Origin: Gemmatimonadaceae bacterium
GTDB taxonomy: Bacteria > Gemmatimonadota > Gemmatimonadetes > Gemmatimonadales > Gemmatimonadaceae
NCBI GenBank assembly: GCA_044224875.1
Contig: JBGAJQ010000011.1
Coordinates: forward strand, 1-64,000
Reading direction: 5' to 3'
DNA length: 64,000 nt
The notes under the pieces were generated by a model, which saw only the letters and a program-made list of their open reading frames with translations, made no database searches and was not told where the DNA came from. Shown one piece after another: positions 1-9,155 of this stretch. The position numbers and the translations under genes are program-made. Within the stretch, counting starts at the first letter, position 1, and every line of letters starts with the position of its first letter.

Positions 1-745
1 AAAGACGGGAACCTCGCTGCCCCTCGCGCGCGACTGATTCCACCGTGGCAAACAGCATGATCATTCGAACGGTACTGCAACTGTGCTCGTGGACTCGCTG
101 GAGGAGTCCATCGCCAAAGTCGCGCAACTCGCCGCATCGATGGGTGGGTTCGTAGCCAACACCCAGATTCAATCCGGCGAGGCGCAGGTGCGGTCGGCGA
201 CGCTCGAATTGAAGATTCCGACGGCCAGGTTCCAGCAGGCGACCGATGGGTTGACGCCGCTTGGCAAAGTGGAAGCCGTGAATGTTGGCGCCGAAGATGT
301 CGGAGAGGAGTTTGTCGACGTGAGTGCGCGCATCGCGAACAGTCGCCGCCTCGAAGAGCGCCTGGTACAATTGCTCGCCCAGCGCACGGGAAAACTGGAT
401 GATGTCCTGCAGGTCGAACGCGAACTGGCACGCATTCGCGAAGAGATCGAACGGTACGAAGGCCGGCTGCGATTCCTGAAGACGAGGGTGGCCATGAGTA
501 CGCTCACCATCTATGTGCACGAAAGGGCGCCTGTGGTCAGCTCCAACCCCGGGCACAACGTGATTGGCGAAGCATTTGTAAATGCCTGGCGGACATTCGT
601 CCTGTTCGTGGCTGGATTTATCGCCGCATTGGGCTGGATTGTCCCCGTCGGGGCCTTACTGGGGGCCGGCGCGATAGTCGCCCGCCGTGTCGTCCGGCGT
701 CCTTCAGGCCCTGTTCGTCTGACTGCTCAAGAGGTGCAGCGCTGA
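1..745 (+). CDS. DUF4349 domain-containing protein (5'-truncated by window edge; apparent 1-bp frameshift near 70)
   Basis: MIIRT(G)TATVLVDS start of domain, EDVGEEFVDVSARI, LQVERELARIREEIERYEGRLRFL coiled coil, C-terminal TM helix. Confidence 0.85.
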
Positions 746-784
746 GGGCTCTGCGCGTACTCCGGTGAGTGAGCTCGGGGGTTT

Positions 785-800
785 TGCGATATAGATCACA
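785..800. promoter_or_regulatory. CRP/FNR-family binding site
   Basis: TGCGA-TATAGA-TCACA versus CRP consensus TGTGA-TCTAGA-TCACA, in a 360-bp intergenic region. Confidence 0.6.
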
Positions 801-863
801 CAATTTCTGTACGCGATTTCACACGACATCGCAACAAGGTGATCTCTGCCACCGCAGACCGAC

Positions 864-881
864 CAAAATGTTACCATTTTG
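864..881. promoter_or_regulatory. Palindromic operator-like site
   Basis: CAAAATG-TTAC-CATTTTG; related AAATG-CTTTA-CATTT at 1017-1031. Confidence 0.4.
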
Positions 882-1104
882 AAATCGCGAGAACGCTTGT
901 CAGCCGCCAAGTCACGGTCAGCGGTCATTGGTGGCCTGGACATTCAGGCGATCACAAGCCGCGTTCAGCTGACGCACGGGGCACTTTCGCGCGACATCCG
1001 AGTAGCTCACACTGAAAAATGCTTTACATTTGAACCTGTCGAACACGGCTGAGCTTCTTTCACAGCTTGGCCATGGGATCTGCGGGCCACGGAGGAGTGC
1101 TTCA

Positions 1105-2056
1105 ATGATACGGAATCGGAGTTTTGTGTTGTTGCTGCTGGCAGCGGTCGCGTGCGATCGCACGCCGCGTTTGGCGTCTGGCGCCGACACGGGGCTCGCA
1201 TTAGCCCGGTCTGGACGGGCGAAGGACTCGCTAATCGCCGTGAAGGACAGCCTGTTGGGTGAGCGGCAACGCCAACTGAGCGAGCAAAGTCAGTTGATTG
1301 GGGATGCCGCGACGAGCGCCCGGCTGGTGTCGGAAATCGGCCGCGACCTCGCGAACGTGAAGTTGGATCGTGCAGGCTCCAAGGCGCAGCCTGAATCAGC
1401 GGCGCCGAATACGGCCGAGGAACTGGCCACGATCCAGAAGAAGATCAAGACCGTCATGGCTCGGTTGAACGCGAGTCAGGCACGCGTGCGCAAGCTTCGC
1501 GAAGACAGCACGACGTTCACGGCACGCGACGAAGCCCAGGTAGCCCAGCCCGCGAGTACGAGCGGTCGATCACCGACCTGCGCGCCAGCGTGGAACAGCA
1601 GCGCCAGCAGATCGCCGTACTGCAGACCCGTGTGGACAGCGTCACCCGCGCGAACGTCGTCTTGGCCGCGCGCAACGACTCCGTCACGGCGCGGGCCAAT
1701 GCCTTGTTTGCGCAGGACGACTCGGTGTTCGTTGCAGCTGGTACCGAGCGCGAGCTGATCGCCAAGGGCGTGCTGAACAAGGAAGGCGGGACAAAGTTCT
1801 GTTTGGGCGCGGCAAGACGCTCGTACCTTCGCGCAACCTCGACATGAACGTGTTCCGTGTGCTCTCCAAGTCGCACGATACGTCGATCTCCCTGCCGCGG
1901 ACCGACAAGGACTATCGCGTAGTCTCTCGCCACGACTTATGTACACCCAGCTGGCTGTGCGCCGCTAAGGACGCAAAGATCCGAGGCGAACTGGGCATCA
2001 CGAATCCCAGCAAGTTCTGGGCAGCCTCAAAGTTCCTCATCCTAGTCGAGCGCTAA
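1105..2056 (+). CDS. Coiled-coil lipoprotein, Cbp1-like adhesin family (frameshifts near 1549 and 1799)
   Basis: RBS GGAGGAG 1091-1097; lipobox AAVAC; long coiled coil; AGTERELIAKGVLNKEGG and C-terminal ITNPSKFWAASKFLILV; three ORF pieces join with single-base insertions. Confidence 0.65.
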
Positions 2057-2079
2057 GCTTCGACTCCGAGGGATGACAG

Positions 2080-2121
2080 ACGCGTGGCCGGCACTCATCG
2101 CCGGCCCCGCGTTTTGCTTTC
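2080..2121 (+). terminator. Rho-independent terminator
   Basis: ACGCGTGGCCGG...CCGGCCCCGCGT stem followed by TTTTGCTTT between convergent genes. Confidence 0.65.
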
Positions 2122-2152
2122 TCGGGGTTAACGTGCGACTGGACCAACCAGC

Positions 2153-2701
2153 TCAGGCGCGCGACGCCTTCTTCGCGAGGAGTTCCTGTCTCAATCTACC
2201 CGCGAGGAACAAGAGGAGCGACGGAATGCCGACCCATCGAATCTCGTTCAGCAGGATTCGGACGCCGCGCATCGTCAGCAACTTCTCGAGGCTGAGCGGC
2301 GAAACGAGGATTGGGTGGAACGGAAAGAAGTATCGCGTGGCATCGAAGGGCGCGAAGAATGCGACGCCGAGACCGCCGTCGGTGAGGGCGTCCAACGCGC
2401 CATGCGACAGCGCCGCCAGAACCAGGTAGAGCCAAAAGAATGGGGGTGGCGCATCTGCCCTGCGCTGTGTCACCCACCAGAGCAGCGACGCCAGACCTAC
2501 GGCAAAGAGAACGGAATGCGTGATGCCGCGATGTCCCCAGATGGTTTCGTAGGGCACGCCCATGACGTACCCAGCGAAATCGATGTCCGGCAGGACGGCC
2601 AACCCCGCACCCCACACCCAGGCGCGCGGCGGCGCCTTGGCTGTCTTCAACAGGGGCCAGAGGGACGCGCCAAAGACCGCGTGAGCAAGAGGTGACGGCA
2701 T
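2153..2701 (-). CDS. Inner-membrane metal-dependent hydrolase (YdjM/YbcI family)
   Basis: N-terminal H, LPDID, GHRGITHS, SHGALDALTDGGLGVAFFAPF motifs. Confidence 0.9.
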   Translation of the reverse strand: MPSPLAHAVFGASLWPLLKTAKAPPRAWVWGAGLAVLPDIDFAGYVMGVPYETIWGHRGITHSVLFAVGLASLLWWVTQRRADAPPPFFWLYLVLAALSHGALDALTDGGLGVAFFAPFDATRYFFPFHPILVSPLSLEKLLTMRGVRILLNEIRWVGIPSLLLFLAGRLRQELLAKKASRA

Positions 2702-2726
2702 GGCGCGGAATGTAGGCTCAAGCGAC

Positions 2727-4109
2727 TTATTGCGCGCGCCCCTTCCGCATCAGCTCCGCGAGGATCCGCGCGCGCTCCGCGGCGGTCATTAGCCGGCCGT
2801 TGGCCACAACAGCTGCAACGCGACGCAAGTTGGCGATGTCTTCCAGTGGATTCGCATCCAGCAGAACGAGGTCCGCTAGTTTGCCCGCGGCCACAGTGCC
2901 AAGGGAATCGGTCATTCCGAAGTACCTGGCCGGCTCCCAAGTCGCCGCGCGCAGGATATCGAAGTTGGACATACCGGCACGGGCGAACAACGCAAGCTCC
3001 TCGTGCAGCCCGAATCCGGGTGGGCTGTTCCGGAGCGGAGCGTCGGTACCGGGCATTATGGCCACACCTGCTCGGTGCATGATCCCGACAACCGCCACAC
3101 GGCGGTCAAACAGCTGCAGTCCCGTCGCGTTCGCACCCGGAGGCACATCGTCAGGCATGGGAAAGATTTCGGAGACGAATCGTCGCAGTGAATCGGGGAG
3201 GTACTTGGCATAGGCATCCCCCGGCACACTTCGGTCGGGCCAGTTCGCGACCTCGTACTGCGCCACCAGTGTGGGCACTACCCATGTCCCATCGCGAACG
3301 AGCGTGGCCCAGATTGGAGCAAGGTCGGCTGACGAGCACCGTGCCAGGACCTCCTGCACTTGAAAACGCGGTGCCAAGGCGGTCGACTCCGCAGGTGTAC
3401 ACGGGCTCGGAATCTGGAGCAGATGCTCCAGACTGCGCTGGCCGGAGTCAGAGGCCTCGACCGCGGTGATGCTGCGGGGCACGTGTCCGGTGAATGGGAT
3501 GCCGCGTTCTCGCGCTCTTCGCGCAGCGGCAAAGAACACATCTCGTCGGAATTGGCTGTGCAGCTTGATGAAGTCGACGCCAAGAGCGACCAGCGAGTCA
3601 ACGGCCCGCCGTGCCTCGTCAGGCGTGCGAGCCAGGAGGTGCGGAATGGGCACGTCGCCACCTTCGATGTACGGACCCGACACGATCATGCGTGGCCCAC
3701 GCAAGCGACCCGCGGCAATGTCCTTTCGCCACACCTGCAGCTGCGACCAGTCTCCGGCCATGTCGCGGACCCCTGTGACGCCGTTCGCCAGGTACAACGG
3801 CAGAACACTCCGGCCTCCCGGCATCACGGTATGCACGTGCATGTCCCACAGACCGGGGACCAGGTACTTGCCCTTGCCATCCACGCGTCGAGTTCCGGAT
3901 GGGAGAAGCAGCGAGTCACTCGCGCCAACTGCTACGATGCGATTGCCGCGAAGGAGAACGCTTTGATTGGCGCGCGGCACGGGGCTGCTGCCGTCGATGA
4001 CGGTGACGCGCGTGATGGCGAGTGCTTGCGTGCGAGCAACCGCTGGCGTCGCGGCCGTAACGGCCACCATCACATGCCCTACGATTCGTCGGCGAAGGAC
4101 GGTAGCCAT
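2727..4109 (-). CDS. Amidohydrolase family protein (secreted)
   Basis: PGLWDMHVH, GVTGVRDMAG, SLEH, GTDAP, GKLADLVLLDANPLEDI. Confidence 0.9.
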   Translation of the reverse strand: MATVLRRRIVGHVMVAVTAATPAVARTQALAITRVTVIDGSSPVPRANQSVLLRGNRIVAVGASDSLLLPSGTRRVDGKGKYLVPGLWDMHVHTVMPGGRSVLPLYLANGVTGVRDMAGDWSQLQVWRKDIAAGRLRGPRMIVSGPYIEGGDVPIPHLLARTPDEARRAVDSLVALGVDFIKLHSQFRRDVFFAAARRARERGIPFTGHVPRSITAVEASDSGQRSLEHLLQIPSPCTPAESTALAPRFQVQEVLARCSSADLAPIWATLVRDGTWVVPTLVAQYEVANWPDRSVPGDAYAKYLPDSLRRFVSEIFPMPDDVPPGANATGLQLFDRRVAVVGIMHRAGVAIMPGTDAPLRNSPPGFGLHEELALFARAGMSNFDILRAATWEPARYFGMTDSLGTVAAGKLADLVLLDANPLEDIANLRRVAAVVANGRLMTAAERARILAELMRKGRAQ

Positions 4110-4173
4110 TCTTCCCTTCTTGAGGCAGGCATGCGCCGGATCCCGTGCTGCAATCCGAGCGGACGAGGTATCA

Positions 4174-5946
4174 TCAGGGCCGACACTCTGGTCGGCGGAA
4201 TTCTCGCGATTCTACGAGCCGCTGGCGATCGCGGGAAGTACCGCTTGATAGAAGAGGTCGAGCCCCGCACCCTCGGAGGCCACGACGACGACCACCAAGT
4301 CGAGCGATGGCACGACAAAGAGCCACTGTCCGCCGGATCCGGAAGCGGCGATGACATCCAAGGATGCGCCGGAGGCCGGTACTGGTGCCAGCGGATTCAT
4401 CACGCCGCCATTTTCCCGGCACGCCCCAATGGCCATCGCCGACCCGACGACCAGCAGGCGACGCTCCCACAGGACGCGACGCCACCTCACGTTCCCGTAC
4501 CTTGGTACGTCGCAGCCGGTAGTAGGCAAGCCAAAAACCGCGCAAGGCATCCACGTAGGCACGCAGGGCCTGGTCCTTCTCGCTCTGCGCAATGTACAGG
4601 TTGTCGATGCCGATGCGCCCGATCACGTACCGGTTCTTCGCCACCTCAAACCGCTTGTTGGCGACCGTATCGGCCTTGGCGCTGACGGAGAGTTGATCCC
4701 GCGACTGGTCGATCTGGCGGGCGGCAAAGTATGCGTCTTGCGCGAGCTGTTCCCGGGCCAGTCGAGCATTCGACTCCACACGATCCTGATCTGCCCGCGC
4801 CGCCTGAATCTGGGCACCGCGACCTCCCCATTGCAGGATGGGCATGGACACGGAAAGGGTGAGGCGTTGGGCATTCAAGAGGTCGCGGTAGGCGAGGTTC
4901 ACGTCGGGCGCCGTCTGGTTGTAGCCGACACTCGCCTCGAGAGTGGCCCCCAACCCGGTGTTCAATCTGGCGTCGCTCACGCGGCGCCGAGCCTGAACGG
5001 TCTGGAGTTCCTGATTCGTCACCAATGACCGGTTCCGGAGTGCTTGCGTGACAGCCAGCGCGGTATCCACCTGGACCGGGGGGACCTCGTTCGTGACGAT
5101 GACATCGAGCGGCGCATCGATCGGCAGGTTCAACTGCAACCGGAACGCCGCGAGGCTTCGGTCGTAATTCAACTTGGCGGTCGCCAAGGCGTTCCGGGAC
5201 CGCAGCAGTGCCAGTTCGCTCTGCAGCAGATCGTTCTCTCCGATCTTGCCGACTTCGTACCGACCCTTGCTCAGGGTGTAGAGCGTGTCGTTGACCGCGG
5301 CGTTCGTCACCGCATTCTCAAGCTCTGTCCGCGCCGAATACAAGTCGAAGAACGCGTTCGCGGTGCCGATCGCCACGTCCTCACGACTCTCCAGGTATTG
5401 CCGCTCGGCCACCGTCAGGGACAACCCTTGCTCCCGGGTATCCCAGGCCAGTGTGTTTGGTCGCAGGATGTTTTGTCGCACCCCGACAAGGAATGGCGTC
5501 GAAGACCAGCTCTTTTCCGATTGCTGCCCCGCAATCTGCAAGCGTGACAGCGACGATTGCACAAAGAGGTCGCCACCGGTGATGGGCAAGCGCTGAGAAA
5601 CGCGAAGGTTCAGCGCCTGCGAGTTGAGCTGTTGTGCCTTGAAGAGCGTGCTCCCGTCAGGCTGCGTCACCGGAATGATCGATCGATTGTAGACGGGTAG
5701 GTCGCCCGACAGGGACAACTGTGGCAGCAAGCTGGCGTCGAAGGCGCGGCTACGCTGCCGTGCCGCCTCGCGCGCGCTCGTGGCTGCTCGGGCTCCGTAC
5801 GACTGGCGTTGCGCCATTTCGATCGCCTGCTGCAACGTGAGCGCTCCCTGCGCTCCGGCTGGGGCGCCAGGCGCAACCGACGCAGCGAGAACCGCAACGG
5901 CGCTGCCCACGAGGCGCGCACGGAATCGACCAGAAGTATTCCTCAT
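4174..5946 (-). CDS. TolC family outer membrane efflux protein (homology ends near 4505, then read-through tail)
   Basis: Signal peptide, LTLQQAIEMA, two OEP repeats (RYEVGKIGENDLLQ, RYVIGRIGIDNLYIAQ), YYRLRR end motif. Confidence 0.9.
   Translation of the reverse strand: MRNTSGRFRARLVGSAVAVLAASVAPGAPAGAQGALTLQQAIEMAQRQSYGARAATSAREAARQRSRAFDASLLPQLSLSGDLPVYNRSIIPVTQPDGSTLFKAQQLNSQALNLRVSQRLPITGGDLFVQSSLSRLQIAGQQSEKSWSSTPFLVGVRQNILRPNTLAWDTREQGLSLTVAERQYLESREDVAIGTANAFFDLYSARTELENAVTNAAVNDTLYTLSKGRYEVGKIGENDLLQSELALLRSRNALATAKLNYDRSLAAFRLQLNLPIDAPLDVIVTNEVPPVQVDTALAVTQALRNRSLVTNQELQTVQARRRVSDARLNTGLGATLEASVGYNQTAPDVNLAYRDLLNAQRLTLSVSMPILQWGGRGAQIQAARADQDRVESNARLAREQLAQDAYFAARQIDQSRDQLSVSAKADTVANKRFEVAKNRYVIGRIGIDNLYIAQSEKDQALRAYVDALRGFWLAYYRLRRTKVREREVASRPVGASPAGRRVGDGHWGVPGKWRRDESAGTSTGLRRILGCHRRFRIRRTVALCRAIARLGGRRRGLRGCGARPLLSSGTSRDRQRLVESREFRRPECRP
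4212..4490 (-). pseudogene. Internally deleted beta-lactamase-like serine hydrolase lipoprotein remnant
   Basis: Signal plus lipobox IGAC joined almost directly to C-terminal ASGSGGQWLFVVPSLDLVVV; no SxxK core. Confidence 0.55.
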
Positions 5947-7346
5947 TCGTATCTCAGGCAGGCCACGGGATCCTGACGGGCCGCTCGGTACGCGGGAACG
6001 ATCCCGAATACGAGGCCCACGCTCAGCGAAACGCCAAACGCCACAATGACAGAGATGGCCGACACCAACGTCTTGATGCCGGCAAACTGCTCGATGCCCA
6101 AACTCAATCCTCCACCCACCAGGATCCCGGCGACTCCCCCCACCACGCTGATGAGGATGGCTTCGGAGAGGAACTGCGCCAGGATGTCCTTCTGTCGAGC
6201 ACCCATGGCGCGTCGAACGCCTATCTCCTTGATGCGCTCGAGCACCGAGGCCAGCATGATGTTCATGATCCCGATACCGCCAACGATCAAGGAGATCGAG
6301 GCGATGGCGCCAAGGACGATGTTGAAGATCGTCTTCGTTCGCTGCTCCTGCTTCAGCAACAACTCCGGAACGGTGATCTCGAAGTCGACGACGGAGTTGT
6401 GACGGCGCGCCAACATGCGCTGCATGATTTCAGCGACCGGCGAAACAAAGCGCGCCTCGGTCACGCGCACCACGATGCGATCCAGCTGGTGGTAGTTCAG
6501 CCGTTCCGCACGTACCGCGGGATCCTCCGTGGCAGCATTGGCGTCGTCGTTGCCATTCTCGGCGCGAGCAGCCTGCTCAATGTCCTGCTGGGTGAGCTGG
6601 GCACGGTTTCGATAACGCAGCAGCATGGTATGCAGCGGCACGTACACATCCATGTTCGGGTCACGCACACCAAGTCGCTGTGACGTTTCCTTGGTGACCG
6701 AACGGTCGGCGAGCACGCCCACCACCGTCAGCCATGAGTTACCGGCCTTGATGGTCTTTCCAATCGGGTCCTCGGTGGTGAAGAAGCGGGTGCGTAGTCC
6801 ATGGCCGATGATCGCCACCGGGCGCCCCGATTCAACCTGCGACCGATTGAACCATTCACCTTGGGCGAGGTCCAGGTTCAACAGTTGGAAGTAGTTCGTG
6901 TCGACGCCCACGACTTTCCCCGATCGCCGTCGGCCTTCACGCGTGACCAGGGAATTCAAGACGACTTCGGAACTCGCCGTTTCCACGTTCGGGATCACGT
7001 TCCGGATGGCATCGGCGTCGTGATACGTTAGCCCAGGAGAAAACTTCTTGGGCTCCTTCTTGCCATCGTCGTCCTTGGCCTTCTCCTCCTTCTGTTCCAC
7101 CAACGGTGTGACGACGATGTTGTTTGAGCCGAGGAGTCGCATCTGCTCGAGGATCTCCTGCTCGGCACCCTTCCCGATCGCCAGCATCGCGATGACCGAG
7201 GCGACGCCAAAGAGAATGCCGAGTGACGTCAGACCCGCGCGCAACTTGTTGTGACCGACGGCGACCAGCGCCGTTCGCATGCTGAACGACGCGTGCGTGA
7301 CGAACGCCTGCCAGGCGGACACCTGCGCCGTTGATTCGTCCGACAT
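5943..7346 (-). CDS. MacB-like ABC transporter permease (no nucleotide-binding domain)
   Basis: LTSLGILFGVASVIAMLAIG, ISLIVGGIGIMNIMLASVLERIKEIGVRRAMGA, PAYRAARQDPV. Confidence 0.93.
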   Translation of the reverse strand: MSDESTAQVSAWQAFVTHASFSMRTALVAVGHNKLRAGLTSLGILFGVASVIAMLAIGKGAEQEILEQMRLLGSNNIVVTPLVEQKEEKAKDDDGKKEPKKFSPGLTYHDADAIRNVIPNVETASSEVVLNSLVTREGRRRSGKVVGVDTNYFQLLNLDLAQGEWFNRSQVESGRPVAIIGHGLRTRFFTTEDPIGKTIKAGNSWLTVVGVLADRSVTKETSQRLGVRDPNMDVYVPLHTMLLRYRNRAQLTQQDIEQAARAENGNDDANAATEDPAVRAERLNYHQLDRIVVRVTEARFVSPVAEIMQRMLARRHNSVVDFEITVPELLLKQEQRTKTIFNIVLGAIASISLIVGGIGIMNIMLASVLERIKEIGVRRAMGARQKDILAQFLSEAILISVVGGVAGILVGGGLSLGIEQFAGIKTLVSAISVIVAFGVSLSVGLVFGIVPAYRAARQDPVACLRYE

Positions 7347-7349
7347 GCG

Positions 7350-8756
7350 CTAGTCCTTGCGCGCGGCGGTTCCTGCCGGAGTCGGACGCGGCGTTGCAGT
7401 AGCGGGTTGAGCTGGCGGCTTGGACTCCGGCGGGGTGATGGGTACGGGCTTGCTGCCTCGCCCCGTATCGCCCGCGGCGCCATTGGGGCGATCCGCCGAG
7501 CCGGGGAGCCGATCGGTTGGGATGCCTTCGCGGTCCTTCGGCGGTGAGAGCAGGACTTCGTCACCGTCATCCAGTCCTCGTGCAATCACCACGGCGTCGT
7601 CGTTGAGCGCCCCGGTCTCGACTTCCTGGCGCCGCACACCTCCGCGCGAACGCTTGTACACGAATGGCGTTTCGCCCTCGGACATCACGGCTTCCAGGGG
7701 AACCGAGAGGGCGTTCTTGACCGCGTAGGTTTCGATCGCCGTCGAGGTGGTCATGCCGGGACGGAGGGTGGTGTCTGACTCTGCGACCAGGATCCGCACC
7801 TCGAAGACCTTCGCATCGGCGTTGGGGCGCTGTTCGCCGACATTGGCCACTCCCATGACTTTTCCCGTCAGCCGTTTGGATGGATCGGCATCCAGCGAGA
7901 TGACGACCGACTGACCGACAGCGACCTTTCGCACGTCGATTTCACTGACGTAGGTGATGGACTCCATCTGCGAGAGGTCGGGAAGTGTTGCAACTGTCGG
8001 GTCCCATGGATTCACTTGCGACCCCGCCGTCTTCTTCTTGCCGTTCCACTCCTTGACGTAAATCACCATGCCCGCGGCGGGGGCCTTGATGGTGAAACCC
8101 GCCATCACGGCCTGCACGATATTCAACTTGTTGCGAGATCGCTCCACATCGGCACCCACCTCGCGCATCTTCGCCTGCGCCTGCTCTGTCTTCGTCTTGT
8201 AGTCGATTCGGGCCTGGGCCAAGGCGCGCGTGGCCTTCTCGAAATCGATCTCCGCCTGCCGTCGCACCGACGGCGCCTCGTAGACCGCTTGTTCCTTGGC
8301 GATGCGCTTCTCTTCCAGGGAAAGCTCCATCGTCTTGATCTCTTCGCGGGCCTTGGACAGGTTCAACGTCGAATCGAGTTGTGCCTGCTCCAGCTGTGCT
8401 TCCGCCTTTTGCAGCTGAAGGCCCACCTCGGCGGCCTTGGCCGTGATGGTCGAGCGATCCAGCTCGGCCACGACGTCGCCCTCCTTCACCACCGTCCCCT
8501 CGGGCACGATGGAGGAGATCTTCATCTGGTAGGCTTCCGCCTGTTGAGCGTTCGGCGGCCCCTGGATCTGCACGAACTTCTTGGCACGGAGCTCGCCCGC
8601 TGTCGTGACGATGACCTTGAAGTCGCTGCGTTTCACTCGCGTTGTGATGGCTCCATCGGGAGTGCCCGCATCACGAGCGAGCAACCACGCGCCAGGGATC
8701 ACGAGGAGCGCGATCAGCGCGGCGGCGATTGACCAGCGAGGCCGGGGAATTCGCAT
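7350..8756 (-). CDS. MacA-like efflux periplasmic adaptor subunit
   Basis: N-terminal TM, VPEGTVVKEGDVVAELD lipoyl half, helical hairpin, IKAPAAGMV, LRPGMT. Confidence 0.92.
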   Translation of the reverse strand: MRIPRPRWSIAAALIALLVIPGAWLLARDAGTPDGAITTRVKRSDFKVIVTTAGELRAKKFVQIQGPPNAQQAEAYQMKISSIVPEGTVVKEGDVVAELDRSTITAKAAEVGLQLQKAEAQLEQAQLDSTLNLSKAREEIKTMELSLEEKRIAKEQAVYEAPSVRRQAEIDFEKATRALAQARIDYKTKTEQAQAKMREVGADVERSRNKLNIVQAVMAGFTIKAPAAGMVIYVKEWNGKKKTAGSQVNPWDPTVATLPDLSQMESITYVSEIDVRKVAVGQSVVISLDADPSKRLTGKVMGVANVGEQRPNADAKVFEVRILVAESDTTLRPGMTTSTAIETYAVKNALSVPLEAVMSEGETPFVYKRSRGGVRRQEVETGALNDDAVVIARGLDDGDEVLLSPPKDREGIPTDRLPGSADRPNGAAGDTGRGSKPVPITPPESKPPAQPATATPRPTPAGTAARKD

Positions 8757-9155
8757 TAATGCAGTCTCGAGTCTGAGTTTGGGGGAACTCGCTTTGACTG
8801 TCAGCGCGCAGCCGCCAAATACCCCCGGCTGCGAGAGTGTTTCCACTCAGTGGCGTAAGACAGCGCCACATAGATGAATGGTTGGCCGATCTCCGGGCGA
8901 TTTCAAGAAAGAATCTGCTGCTAACGTGGTTGGCTAGCGGTCGTGTCGGCCCTCGGCGCTAATGGCAGCGTTCGGCAGCTCTTTGGCCCCCGGGCTCCGC
9001 ATTGTGTCGGCCCGGCCAACAAAGTCGTCTTTTTCGGGTCTCCCCTCTGCGCGAAAGGGGCCGGCTGGTATAGACTTTGCCCACGCACGCGAGCGCGGGA
9101 TATGCAGCCCCGACAAATCGTCTAAGACCACACCATTTCTCAACATAGCGGCAGA

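Noticed and set aside
1068..1084. Sigma54 promoter upstream of the Cbp1-like gene
   Set aside because: GG to GC spacing is off by one base.
1540..1810. Programmed ribosomal frameshifting
   Set aside because: No slippery heptamers; similar indels occur in unrelated genes.
3360..4685. Long antisense ORFs (e.g. 3360-4685, 42231-43469, 58859-59965, 61945-62904)
   Set aside because: Arg/Ala/Pro-rich shadow frames overlapping well-supported genes, as expected at high GC.
8757..9155. Possible riboswitch or sRNA in the divergent spacer (two small hairpins near 8806-8870)
   Set aside because: No recognisable aptamer consensus; short GC stems arise by chance.
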